Shown here in pieces: positions 18,134 to 27,858 of a DNA stretch of 32,000 nt. A program made the translations under genes and the position numbers. Source of the DNA: Candidatus Nitrosopumilus koreensis AR1 (GTDB lineage: Archaea; Thermoproteota; Nitrososphaeria; Nitrososphaerales; Nitrosopumilaceae); contig NC_018655.1 of the NCBI RefSeq assembly GCF_000299365.1, positions 1,500,001-1,532,000 on the forward strand, given 5' to 3'. The stretch's first letter is position 1. Every line of letters begins with the position of its first letter. The notes beneath the pieces were generated by a model, which worked only from the letters and a program-made list of their open reading frames with translations, was not told the DNA's origin and searched no databases.

Positions 18134-19441
18134 TTAATCACTGGCGTCAATTGTAGTTTTTTTACGCCTACGCATTACGTAAATTCCCACAGCAATAGCA
18201 ATTACAACTGGAACAATAATCATTGTAGAATCTAGACCAGATTCATCATCATTTGAAGGCTCATTTACAAGAATAGTAACATCTTCAATAACAAAGAGCT
18301 CATCTCTAACACTATCTTTGTATCTTACGGTAATTGTAATGTCATGTTCCCCATATTTTGGTTCACCATCAAATTCAATTGGAATGTTAAATGGTACAGG
18401 TGCATCAACTTCAATTTCGTCAATAAACTGAGTGTTTGGTTTAATGTTTGAATCACCACGAGGTTCAAGACTTACAAATCCAAACAAACCATCTTCATTT
18501 CCTTCATTGATGATTTCTCCAATTACCATCTGTGTTCCAGATAATTCAATAACATCAACATTGAATATTGTAAGTTCTATCAGTCCTTTAATGTAAAAAT
18601 CAACAATTTTTGAAATCACATGTTGATCACCATGAGCATTATAGTACGATATGGACAAAGGAATTCTCAAAGTATCATCTTTGAGTCCTTCTGGCACATA
18701 CACTGTTGCAGTAAGATGTCTAGTAGACTTTGGTTCGATGTTTCCAACATCCCAATTAGATTCTAAGATTACGACATTCTCTACATTAGTAGTAGATGAC
18801 GTAGTTGATGCACGTTCTGTTTGTGTATTAGATGCAACAATATCAACACTGGAAATTGGAGCTGTTCCATCATTTGCAATTTCAATTACTACATTGTTTG
18901 TTCGCAGAGAAGTGAGAAATGGTTCTAATGCTCTTACATTTATCACACTGTCACCTGTTACCTTGAAATCAAAGTCTTCAAACGCAGTTCGAACACCAGA
19001 TTCTCTTAATCTAGAATAATCGACTTTGACAGTTCCAGGATATTGCTGAATATTGACATTTTTATCTATATTTACAAAGAATGTAAGATGGAAAGTCTCT
19101 CCCGCTAGAGAGTTTGAATCACTATCAGCTTTAATTATTGATCCAGGACCATCAGATGCAGAAAAACCAAAGGGTAATGACAATTGTCCTTTGATTCCTG
19201 TGATATCTTGAGTTCCGACATTTGCAAAGACTACAGTAAATGGAACATTGCTATCTCCAGCCTCAACTTCTATTTTCTGATTTAATGTGCCAAAATATGC
19301 ATCTAAGAATTTAACGTCACCGAAATCTCTTTCAAAAGGAGAATCTCCAAACCCACCAGATGTAATTTGCCCATATGAATTTCCTATGAATAGTGGTATT
19401 ACCAAAATTCCAAGTAACATAAAGAATAGTTTTTGATTCAT
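18134..19441 (-). CDS. Secreted/anchored beta-rich protein (COG1361-like), partner of ABC transporter
   Basis: 435 aa; signal peptide, repeated Ig-like segments, C-terminal TM helix and basic tail (DSTMIIVPVVIAIAVGIYVMRRRKK). Its ATG overlaps the ABC ATPase stop (TAATG). Confidence 0.7.
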   Translation of the reverse strand: MNQKLFFMLLGILVIPLFIGNSYGQITSGGFGDSPFERDFGDVKFLDAYFGTLNQKIEVEAGDSNVPFTVVFANVGTQDITGIKGQLSLPFGFSASDGPGSIIKADSDSNSLAGETFHLTFFVNIDKNVNIQQYPGTVKVDYSRLRESGVRTAFEDFDFKVTGDSVINVRALEPFLTSLRTNNVVIEIANDGTAPISSVDIVASNTQTERASTTSSTTNVENVVILESNWDVGNIEPKSTRHLTATVYVPEGLKDDTLRIPLSISYYNAHGDQHVISKIVDFYIKGLIELTIFNVDVIELSGTQMVIGEIINEGNEDGLFGFVSLEPRGDSNIKPNTQFIDEIEVDAPVPFNIPIEFDGEPKYGEHDITITVRYKDSVRDELFVIEDVTILVNEPSNDDESGLDSTMIIVPVVIAIAVGIYVMRRRKKTTIDASD

Positions 19442-20118
19442 TATGCTAAAACCTCCATTTCAGATGGCATATCTCCCTCAAAGGCCTTGCCATCTTTTAT
19501 CGTAATTACTTTATCCACATCACCAAAGTGTTGACGATCGTGTGTAACAATAACAAATGTTTGGTTGAGTTTTTTTGCCATAGACTTCATCAGTTGAACG
19601 ATAGTTTCAGATGTGACAGAATCAAGATTTCCTGTTGGTTCATCTGCCAAAACAATTGAGGGTTTATTGATTAATCCTCTTGCAATTGCTGCTCTTTGAG
19701 CTTGTCCTCCTGAAATATTGTTTGCACGTTTATACATTTGATCTTCTAATCCAACTGCTTTTAGCAAATCTTTTGCATCTTTTTCAGCAGTGTTATTTGT
19801 TCCTGCAATTTGTCTTGGCAGCAACACATTTTCCAAAACTGTTAGGTCAGTAAGCAAATTTGAAAACTGGAAGATGAATCCTAGTTTTTTATTTCTAAAT
19901 GAAGATATTTTGTCGTCATCAAGAGTAGTAGTATCAGTTCCATCAATGAAGATCTTGCCACTTGTGGGACGGTCAAGCAAACCAATCATGTTAAGTAAGG
20001 TAGATTTTCCTGAACCAGAACTTCCAACAATTAAAACAATTTCACCTTGTTCTACTGAAAGAGTTGCATTATCAAGAGCTTTGACTCTATTCTCGCCTTC
20101 ACCATAGACTTTAGTCAA
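19441..20118 (-). CDS. ABC transporter ATP-binding protein (LolD/MacB/FtsE-like)
   Basis: 225 aa; Walker A IVGSSGSGKSTLLN, signature NNISGGQAQRAAIARGL, Walker B PSIVLADEPTGNLDS. The true start may lie upstream (see findings). Confidence 0.93.
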   Translation of the reverse strand: MTKVYGEGENRVKALDNATLSVEQGEIVLIVGSSGSGKSTLLNMIGLLDRPTSGKIFIDGTDTTTLDDDKISSFRNKKLGFIFQFSNLLTDLTVLENVLLPRQIAGTNNTAEKDAKDLLKAVGLEDQMYKRANNISGGQAQRAAIARGLINKPSIVLADEPTGNLDSVTSETIVQLMKSMAKKLNQTFVIVTHDRQHFGDVDKVITIKDGKAFEGDMPSEMEVLA

Positions 20119-20137
20119 ATTGTTAATCTCTAATACC

Positions 20138-21325
20138 TTAGACAGTTCTCATCGCCTCCACTGGTAATAGTTTAGTCGCCCTATACGATGGATAGAGCGA
20201 TGCAATAATAGCTAAAACAAAAGAAGTTAAAGCAGTTTGAATTATCTTCTCCCAATTGTAAGTTACTTCAAGAGGTAAACTATTGTTAAAAGACATTTTG
20301 GTTTCCTTTGCATAGAAAGTATATCCCAAGCCTGCGGCTGTGCCTACACCGGCACCTATTGCACCAATAATCATACCTTGGAAAATAAAGATAATCAGAA
20401 TATCTTTTCTTTTAGCTCCAATAGATCTCATAACACCAATTTCACGGGTTTTTCCATTTACTAACATCATCTGAATTGTTACAATAGCAAAAGCTGAAGA
20501 CATCATTCCAAAATAACCAATCATGTTAATCATTGCAATACCAGATCTAAAACCAGCAAGTTGTTCTTCAGCTGATTCTTCTATTGTTTCGGCAATAAAA
20601 TCATCATTTGGAAACGAACGCAAGAAAAATTCCTTTACTTCAAATGCTTTTGTAGGATCATTTAGTTTTACCATAAAGGATCCCGTATCACCTTGTCTAT
20701 TCATCATATCACGCAAAGTATCAATATGAACAACTGCTGTATAATCAAATCCTTGACCTCCAGGTGACTTTGCAATTCCTGAAACAGTAAATCTTCTTAT
20801 TTGATCCTCTCCCCATCTGTCAGTTACTAGAACTTTTACACTGTCACCAACTTGAGCTCCACCAAGATCTCTTGCAACATTAGAACCTAATACAATAGAA
20901 TTTCTTGAAAAAACATAGCTTCCTTCTGAAACAGTTTCATGGACAGTGGATGCCCTAACATCTCTAAAAGGATCAATTCCAACTATAGGAATTCGTGTTT
21001 CTTCAATTAGTTTTCCATTCTTTGTCATATTCATTTCAGCAGTTGATGAAAGCCGCGGCGTTGCCGCTTCAACATATGGAATTCGTTCAAACCAATTTAC
21101 AATAGATAAATCTGATTTATCGATATAATCTGCCTCATCAGTTACAAGAATGTCACCATTTCTATAATCACTAATATCTCGAACAATTGCATCAAACAAT
21201 CCCTGAAAAATTACAAAATTTACATGAATTACTAAAATCCCAATGGTGACAGCTAAAACTGCACCAATCAAACTTCCTTTTTTGTTAAACAACATTCTTT
21301 TTGCTAATCTTAATCGATATTCCAC
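20138..21325 (-). CDS. ABC transporter permease, FtsX/MacB-like
   Basis: 395 aa; N-terminal TM, periplasmic-type domain, C-terminal TMs with FAIVTIQMMLVNGKTREIGVMRSIGAKRKDIL. Confidence 0.92.
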   Translation of the reverse strand: MEYRLRLAKRMLFNKKGSLIGAVLAVTIGILVIHVNFVIFQGLFDAIVRDISDYRNGDILVTDEADYIDKSDLSIVNWFERIPYVEAATPRLSSTAEMNMTKNGKLIEETRIPIVGIDPFRDVRASTVHETVSEGSYVFSRNSIVLGSNVARDLGGAQVGDSVKVLVTDRWGEDQIRRFTVSGIAKSPGGQGFDYTAVVHIDTLRDMMNRQGDTGSFMVKLNDPTKAFEVKEFFLRSFPNDDFIAETIEESAEEQLAGFRSGIAMINMIGYFGMMSSAFAIVTIQMMLVNGKTREIGVMRSIGAKRKDILIIFIFQGMIIGAIGAGVGTAAGLGYTFYAKETKMSFNNSLPLEVTYNWEKIIQTALTSFVLAIIASLYPSYRATKLLPVEAMRTV

Positions 21326-21441
21326 GGGATCAATAAAATAGTCTGATATATAATGTTTATAATGTCTAGTGCTAATAATATAGACAATTTTATATGATAT
21401 TGGTTAACTATGAATTGTAGAATAGTATCAAGGATGATAAA

Positions 21442-22344
21442 ATGGACAATTTAGATATGAAAATACTGAACAGATTGCTCAATAATTGTAGAGAATCTGA
21501 TAGACAGATAGGAAAGGAACTAGGAATTTCAGGAGGAGCAGTACGTGTCAGAATAAAAAAAATGCAAGAAAGAGGAGTTATTGAGAAATTTTTCCTCAAA
21601 ATCGAACCTCCAATTTTAGGTAATGGTGTTTTGTATTTTGTAGTATCAGGAGAAAATATCCAAGAGATAATAGAGCAAGTCAGTTTAGTGGGCGAACCTT
21701 ACATAGTTGTCCCATGTGTGGGAGGAGTTACAGTATGTGGTATCGCTATTAAAGAAAATTTAAAACAAAAAATAGAGCTTGCAAAAAAATTAATGAAAGA
21801 TCTCAGAGTCTTGTCAATTTTTGAAGCTGAAAATTCAGAGTTTAATTCTAATTTAACAAAAACAGATTTAGAAATTTTAGAAGAGTTGATTAAAGAACCA
21901 AGACAAAAAATTGAGAAAATTGCAAAGAAAACAGATCTATCAACTAAGACAATTACAAGATGCATAGAAAAATTACATAACAATAATGGTTTTCAATTTA
22001 CTTTAATTTATGATCCTACAAAAATTGAAGATTTTATTCCACATGCAGTACTTACATGGATTGAGGGGGATTTAAAAGAAACATTAGAAGATTTGAATAA
22101 TACATTTTCAGAATCTTATTTACAAATTCCTTTTATTGCAAAAAATCAAATTGTATTATTTTTGTACAGTAATAGCATATTTGAAATGGATGAACTAGCA
22201 CAAAAAATTAGAACAAGAAAAAATGTGAAATCAACAGATTTGTTCATTCCTAAAAAAATTTCATTTTATACAAATTGGATCAAAAATGCAATCAAAGAGT
22301 CAAAGAAATCATCAAAATTGCATCTTACATATCAAACAAATTAA
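21442..22344 (+). CDS. Lrp/AsnC-like transcriptional regulator with two HTH segments
   Basis: 300 aa; MDNLDMKILNRLLNNCRESDRQIGKELGISGGAVRVRIKKMQERGVI and a second HTH-like block KTDLEILEELIKEPRQKIEKIAKKTDLSTKTITRCIEKLHNN. Confidence 0.82.
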   Translation: MDNLDMKILNRLLNNCRESDRQIGKELGISGGAVRVRIKKMQERGVIEKFFLKIEPPILGNGVLYFVVSGENIQEIIEQVSLVGEPYIVVPCVGGVTVCGIAIKENLKQKIELAKKLMKDLRVLSIFEAENSEFNSNLTKTDLEILEELIKEPRQKIEKIAKKTDLSTKTITRCIEKLHNNNGFQFTLIYDPTKIEDFIPHAVLTWIEGDLKETLEDLNNTFSESYLQIPFIAKNQIVLFLYSNSIFEMDELAQKIRTRKNVKSTDLFIPKKISFYTNWIKNAIKESKKSSKLHLTYQTN

Positions 22345-22368
22345 ATAATAATGATTTTATGAAATTGC

Positions 22369-22884
22369 ATGAAGAAAAAGAAGATCTACGAAGGTAAAAT
22401 TTTAGGTCTTAGTGTTTATGATGGCAAGATAGAAGGTAGAAAAGTAAAACGAGAGGTTATAGAACATAGAGGAGCTGCTGCCATGCTAGCCTTTGATGAA
22501 GATAAAAAAGTAATTTTGGTAAAACAGCATAGATTTCCACATGGGTATGTTTTAGAGATTCCCGCAGGCACATTAGAAAAAAAAGAGCATCCTATCAAAT
22601 GTGCATTTAGGGAATTAGAAGAGGAGACAGGATATAGAGCAAAGAAAATGACTCCGCTAATCACATACTATCCATCAATTGGTTATAACTCAGAGATAAT
22701 CCACTGTTTTGTAGCCTCAGGATTGAAGAAAATTGCCGAGTTGAAACTAGATGATGATGAGATTCTTTCAGTAGTAAAAGTAGATATGAAAAAACTACTC
22801 AGTATGATAAAGTCTGGGAAAATCCAGGATTCAAAGACCATATGTGCAGTTTTGACATATGCTGCAAAAAAGAAACTATACTAA
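22369..22884 (+). CDS. NUDIX hydrolase (ADP-ribose pyrophosphatase-like)
   Basis: 171 aa; perfect Nudix box GTLEKKEHPIKCAFRELEEETGY. Confidence 0.93.
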   Translation: MKKKKIYEGKILGLSVYDGKIEGRKVKREVIEHRGAAAMLAFDEDKKVILVKQHRFPHGYVLEIPAGTLEKKEHPIKCAFRELEEETGYRAKKMTPLITYYPSIGYNSEIIHCFVASGLKKIAELKLDDDEILSVVKVDMKKLLSMIKSGKIQDSKTICAVLTYAAKKKLY

Positions 22885-23865
22885 TTATTCATTATAGATT
22901 GGTTGAACAAGATCTGCCACATCAGCCCAAGACTGAGCAATTCTTTCAAACATAAACACCATATCAAGAAAATCAATTGGAATTTCTTTTTTGTTGCCTA
23001 ATGTGACTCTGAGTTTACCAAGTTTGTCTTCAAATTTTTTATGTAGCGATATTGCCTCAATTGCCAAAAGCCTATCAGGTTTTGTAAAAGCATCAATTGA
23101 TTTTTCTGCTAATTTACTAAAGTCTTTTACAACATCATAGATTTTCTTGTATTGTTCCTTTGATAGAGAAGAGTTGTAAATAAAATCAGAAAGTTCTACA
23201 ATAGAATCACCAGCATTCTCAAGAATATTTGCTGCAACTCTGTAATCAAGAACATCAATATTTTCTAAATTATATGCATTTGCTAACCTTTTATCAACAA
23301 GTGTACTACGAATTAATCGTACAAGTAAGAAATATTGTCTATTTACTTCTACATCACGTTTTGATAATGTTTGTAAGTTTGATTTATCATCAGTGATTAG
23401 ACCATTAGATGCATCATTATACATCCCAAGTGCAATTGAACTCATACGTTTGAGAATTTTTTCAGGATTAAGAGTGGTAGAATCTAATAGAAACTGCATG
23501 TTAATGTGTGATGCGTCCTCTTCAATTATCTCCATTCCAACAAGTCGTCTCATAGAATTACGAATTTTTTCTCTATCTTCTCCGGGAATCATAGAATCAG
23601 AAATAATCTCAATAATATCATATCCTAAAAGATAAGCACCTGTAATATCAGCTACAATATTTTCTTCTTTTGGTAAGGGGTATGAAATTACAAGTTCTTT
23701 TGTTGGACGTGTTTCTCTGTTTGCAGAAATTGAAATACTATCTTGGCCAGTTTCGAGTTCAACTTGACTACTTTTGTCTAATTTGTTTGCATCAACCCAC
23801 TCCTTTGGGAGTGAAACTAGTATGCTACTTCCAATTCTTTGTAGGCGTCTTACAAATTTAGTCAA
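22885..23865 (-). CDS. AbrB-type DNA-binding domain plus PhoU-like domain regulator
   Basis: 326 aa; FVRRLQRIGSSILVSLPKEWVDANKLDKSSQVELE (SpoVT/AbrB-like), followed by long helical PhoU-like region. Confidence 0.85.
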   Translation of the reverse strand: MTKFVRRLQRIGSSILVSLPKEWVDANKLDKSSQVELETGQDSISISANRETRPTKELVISYPLPKEENIVADITGAYLLGYDIIEIISDSMIPGEDREKIRNSMRRLVGMEIIEEDASHINMQFLLDSTTLNPEKILKRMSSIALGMYNDASNGLITDDKSNLQTLSKRDVEVNRQYFLLVRLIRSTLVDKRLANAYNLENIDVLDYRVAANILENAGDSIVELSDFIYNSSLSKEQYKKIYDVVKDFSKLAEKSIDAFTKPDRLLAIEAISLHKKFEDKLGKLRVTLGNKKEIPIDFLDMVFMFERIAQSWADVADLVQPIYNE

Positions 23866-23930
23866 TTTATACTAATTTAATTAATTTAAGCCATATTCTT
23901 ATATTTTGTGTAAAATTTAAACTCAGATCA

Positions 23931-24842
23931 ATGGAAGGAATTGCATTTTGTCCTGCACACATCACAGGTTTCTTCAAGGCCCATTTAGAAAACGATCAAA
24001 ATAATTTAGAAAGTCTAGGTTCAATGGGAGCAGGATTTTCAATCAAACAAGGTGTTACAACCAGAGTAACAGTTGATGAGAAAAATAGTCATAAATTAAA
24101 CTTTAGAATCACAACAAAGGGATACCAATCAGATAAAACAGACATTTCAGAATATGTATTAAATGAATTTCTAAAGATTGGAGATTTTAAAAATAAATTC
24201 TTTGATATTGAACATGAAATTTCAATTCCAGTTGGGTATGGTTTAGGTTCTAGTAGTGCGGTAGCATTATCATTATCGTTTGCATTAGATCAAGCACTTG
24301 ATACAAAATTAGATAAAAACACAATTGGAAAAATTGCACATAATGCAGAAGTGAATTGTAAAACTGGATTAGGAGATGTTTTAGCTTCATTTTATGGAGG
24401 ATTTGAAATCCGTGTAAAACCAGGAGCCCCAGGAATTGGAACAGTTGAAAAAATTACTACAGGTGAGATTTCAGTCATTATGATTTGTTTTTCACCGATT
24501 TCAACTAACAAATTCATTAAAGAAAGACTGTCTCAAATTAATGGACTCGGAGGAAAGATGGTTAACAGATTATTAGAATCAAAAGACTATAAACACTTTC
24601 AAGACATGTCACTAGAATTTGCAAAGTATGTAGATGTAATGACACCAAGAATGCAAAAAATTGTAGATGAATTAATTCAAAATAATATTAAATGTGGAAT
24701 TGCACTTTTTGGTGAAACAGTTTTTTCAATGGTTCCAAAAGAAGATGAAAATAAAGTTTTAGAAATTTTACAAAAATATTCTGATGGAGAAATAATCAAA
24801 TCAGAATTAGACGATATTGGAGCAAGAGTTCTTAATAATTAA
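23931..24842 (+). CDS. Pantoate kinase (GHMP family)
   Basis: 303 aa; FCPAHITGFFKAH, GAGFSIKQGVTT, PVGYGLGSSSAVALSLSFALD; first gene of a CoA biosynthesis cluster. Confidence 0.88.
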   Translation: MEGIAFCPAHITGFFKAHLENDQNNLESLGSMGAGFSIKQGVTTRVTVDEKNSHKLNFRITTKGYQSDKTDISEYVLNEFLKIGDFKNKFFDIEHEISIPVGYGLGSSSAVALSLSFALDQALDTKLDKNTIGKIAHNAEVNCKTGLGDVLASFYGGFEIRVKPGAPGIGTVEKITTGEISVIMICFSPISTNKFIKERLSQINGLGGKMVNRLLESKDYKHFQDMSLEFAKYVDVMTPRMQKIVDELIQNNIKCGIALFGETVFSMVPKEDENKVLEILQKYSDGEIIKSELDDIGARVLNN

Positions 24843-24851
24843 TTGAAACAT

Positions 24852-25616
24852 ATGACATTAATTCCAAAGTCACATCCAAGAGCAAAGTCACTTTTAATTC
24901 GTGAAAAACTAGTTAATGGTTTTGACAAAGGATTGGTTGCAAAAGAAGGTCTTTTAGCTCAAGGTAGAGGTGAGGCATTTGACTACCTACTTGGAGAAAA
25001 AACAAATAAGGCTGCAAAACTGGCAATAAAGGCAGCAGCTGCTCAATTACTTCAGGCTAAACGACCTGTAATCTCAATTAATGGAAATGTAGCGGCACTG
25101 TGTCCAAAAGAGATTGTAAGACTATCAAAACAAGTCAAAGCCAAACTTGAAGTAAATCTATTTTATACAAATGAAAAAAGAAAACAGGCAATCATCAAAA
25201 TTCTCAAAAAAAATGGGGCAAAAGAAATCCTAGGCACGAATCCATCAGACTCTACAAGATTGCCAGGAATTGATTCAGCACGAAGGATAGTAGATAAAAA
25301 TGGAATTTTTGCAGCTGATGTAGTAGTTGTGCCATTAGAAGACGGAGACAGAACAATGGCACTAAGAAATGCAGGAAAAACAGTCATTACGTTTGATCTA
25401 AATCCACTTTCACGAACTTCACAAACTGCAGATATTACAATTGTAGATAATATTACACGAGCAATAGAATTACTAATTTCTGAGTCTAAAAAAATATCAA
25501 AAAGGAATGGAAAAGGTCGTGAAAAAATAATTTCAAATTTTGATAACAAGAAAAACCTAACAGAAAATGTTATCCAAATAAGAAATAATCTGACAAGGAG
25601 GGCAAGAGTTGCATAA
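24852..25616 (+). CDS. 4-phosphopantoate--beta-alanine ligase
   Basis: ORF 24843..25616; likely ATG start 24852; PKSHPRAKSLLIREKLVNGFDKGLVAKEGLLAQGRGEAFDYLLGEKT, SRTSQTADITIVDNITRA. Confidence 0.9.
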   Translation: MTLIPKSHPRAKSLLIREKLVNGFDKGLVAKEGLLAQGRGEAFDYLLGEKTNKAAKLAIKAAAAQLLQAKRPVISINGNVAALCPKEIVRLSKQVKAKLEVNLFYTNEKRKQAIIKILKKNGAKEILGTNPSDSTRLPGIDSARRIVDKNGIFAADVVVVPLEDGDRTMALRNAGKTVITFDLNPLSRTSQTADITIVDNITRAIELLISESKKISKRNGKGREKIISNFDNKKNLTENVIQIRNNLTRRARVA

Positions 25617-26448
25617 ATCAGTACAAGACATTGTAAATATGAAAAAAGAAAAGAAAAAGATCTCAGTAATTACAGGTTATGATTACACATTAGCATCACT
25701 ATGTGACAAAGCAGGAATTGATGTATTACTAGTTGGAGACAGTGCAGGAATGGTAATGCTTGGTTATGAGAATACAATTCCTGTAACAATGGATCAAATG
25801 TCTATGTTTACTGAAGCAGTTAGTAGAGCACGAGATAATGCGTTGCTTGTTGCAGATTTACCATTTATGTCATATCAAGTAAGTATAGAAGATGCAATTA
25901 ACAATTCAGGTAGATTAATCAAAGCAGGAGCTGATGCAGTTAAACTAGAAGGAGGTTCAATCATGGCAGAGACAATTAGTGCAATTGTTGATGTTGGAAT
26001 TCCTGTTATGGGTCATATTGGATTACAACCTCAAACAACAATGCTGTCACAAGGTTACAAAGTACAAGGGAAAACAAAAGATGCTGCAATAAAACTAATC
26101 CAAGATGCAAAAGAACTTGAAGAAGCTGGTGTGTTTAGTATAGCATTAGAGATGGTGAGTCATGAGGTTGCACAGATAATTTCAGAAACAGTGAGTGTGC
26201 CTACAATTGGAATTGGCTCAGGAGTAAATTGCGATGGGCAGGTGTTAGTGGTTCAAGACTTACTTGGAATGTACGACAAAATAAAGCCAAAATTTGCAAA
26301 AAGATACATGAATCTATCTGAAGACATTGTAAAATCACTTGAAGATTACAAGAATGACGTAGAATCAAGTGCATTTCCTGCAGAAGAAAATTGGTTTTCA
26401 ATGGATCCTGAAGAATTAAAAAAATTACGTGAGCAAATTGGCAGTTAA
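25609..26448 (+). CDS. panB: 3-methyl-2-oxobutanoate hydroxymethyltransferase
   Basis: 279 aa; TGYDYTLASLCDKAGIDVLLVGDSAGMVMLGYENTIPVTMDQM, ADLPFMSYQ, KLEGG, GHIGLQPQ. TTG start preceded by GGAGGG. Confidence 0.96.
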   Translation: MHKSVQDIVNMKKEKKKISVITGYDYTLASLCDKAGIDVLLVGDSAGMVMLGYENTIPVTMDQMSMFTEAVSRARDNALLVADLPFMSYQVSIEDAINNSGRLIKAGADAVKLEGGSIMAETISAIVDVGIPVMGHIGLQPQTTMLSQGYKVQGKTKDAAIKLIQDAKELEEAGVFSIALEMVSHEVAQIISETVSVPTIGIGSGVNCDGQVLVVQDLLGMYDKIKPKFAKRYMNLSEDIVKSLEDYKNDVESSAFPAEENWFSMDPEELKKLREQIGS

Positions 26449-27682
26449 AAAGAAAGTAAATGATCACCCATCATTAGATATTGTTTCATCACACGGTGTA
26501 GAGTTAACAGGAAAAAAGATAGTGTTATGTGTTGCAGGAAGTGTTGCTGCATACAAAGCAATAGAGCTTGCAAGGCTGCTTATGAGACATGGTGCAGATG
26601 TAACATGTGTAGCAAGCGGTGCAGCAACAAAACTAATTCAACCTGATTATTTCAAATGGGCCACAGGAAATGACGTAATTACAAAACTCACTGGTAAGCT
26701 AGAACACATAAAATTAGCTGATTACAATCAATCAGATTTAGTAATTGTATATCCTGCAACTGCAAACACTTTGGGAAAACTTGCAAATGGTATTGATGAT
26801 ACTCCAATTTCAACAGTTTTAACTGTAGGATTTGGATCTAAAATTCCAATTTTGATGTGTCTAGCAATGCACGAATCAATGTATGATAATTCAGCTGTAA
26901 AAAACAATATTGAGTTTCTAAAAAACAAAATTCAATTTCTTTCCCCCCAAATGATTGAAGGAAAAGCAAAAGCACCAGAACCTGAAGATGTTTTAGAATT
27001 TGTGTTAAGGAAATTTGGTTTTTCATCTACATTACAAAACAAGAAAGTGTTAATGACTGCAGGACCAACAATAGAATACATTGATCCTGTTAGAGTAATA
27101 ACAAATCTTAGTTCAGGAAAGACAGGAGTGTTATTAGCTTCAGAATTAATTTCAGCTGGAGCCAAAGTTACTTTGATTTATGGTCCAGGAAGTGAAGAAC
27201 CACCCAAAGGTGCAAAAATTATCAATGTTACAACAAACAAAGAGATGTTTGATGCAACAAAAACAGAACTAAAGAAAAAATATGATATTGTGATTATGGC
27301 AGCAGCAGCATCAGACTATACCCCCGAGAATACATCAAAATCCAAGATAAAGAGTAACAAAAAATCACTCACAATCAGGCTCAAAAAAGCACCAAAAATC
27401 ATTGATCAGGTAAAAAAATCTCAAAAAAATACCATACTAGTCGGATTCAAGGCTGAAACAAATCTATCAAAAAATGCTCTAATCAAAGCAGCTAAAACTA
27501 AATTAAAAGAATCTGATGCAGATATTATAATTGCAAATGATATTGGAACAAAATATCAAAAGAATCCAAATAACAATCAAATCATAATTGTTGATGACAA
27601 AAAAATAACAACATCGGGATGGAAGAGAAAAGAGAAGATTGTGAAAATAATTAGAAAAGAAATTGAAATGAAAATGAAATGA
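26429..27682 (+). CDS. coaBC: Bifunctional phosphopantothenoylcysteine decarboxylase / phosphopantothenate--cysteine ligase
   Basis: 417 aa; KKIVLCVAGSVAAYKAIELARLL, VYPATANTLGKLANGI, VLMTAGPTIEYIDPVRVITNLSSGKTG, AAAASDYTP. Confidence 0.94.
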   Translation: MSKLAVKKKVNDHPSLDIVSSHGVELTGKKIVLCVAGSVAAYKAIELARLLMRHGADVTCVASGAATKLIQPDYFKWATGNDVITKLTGKLEHIKLADYNQSDLVIVYPATANTLGKLANGIDDTPISTVLTVGFGSKIPILMCLAMHESMYDNSAVKNNIEFLKNKIQFLSPQMIEGKAKAPEPEDVLEFVLRKFGFSSTLQNKKVLMTAGPTIEYIDPVRVITNLSSGKTGVLLASELISAGAKVTLIYGPGSEEPPKGAKIINVTTNKEMFDATKTELKKKYDIVIMAAAASDYTPENTSKSKIKSNKKSLTIRLKKAPKIIDQVKKSQKNTILVGFKAETNLSKNALIKAAKTKLKESDADIIIANDIGTKYQKNPNNNQIIIVDDKKITTSGWKRKEKIVKIIRKEIEMKMK

Positions 27683-27858
27683 AAAATTCTGAATTAAAAA
27701 AATTAGTATCACAATATAAAGAAACTAAAAACCAACAAAAAAAGAAGCATGCAGATAATTTTAAACTAGCTGAAAAACTAAAAGAAATAGAACACAAGTA
27801 TTTTCATGAAACAGGAAGAACATTAAAATCAGATCTAAAAGAGTTTAAAGAAAATTGA
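27679..27858 (+). CDS. Unannotated 59-aa Lys-rich helical protein inside operon
   Basis: Manual translation: MKNSELKKLVSQYKETKNQQKKKHADNFKLAEKLKEIEHKYFHETGRTLKSDLKEFKEN*. ATGA overlap with coaBC and TTGA overlap with the next gene. Confidence 0.6.
   Translation: MKNSELKKLVSQYKETKNQQKKKHADNFKLAEKLKEIEHKYFHETGRTLKSDLKEFKEN

Noticed and set aside
18651-19019. 122-aa plus-strand ORF
   Set aside because: Antisense shadow of the 435-aa COG1361-like protein, which has a signal peptide, TM anchor and operon context.
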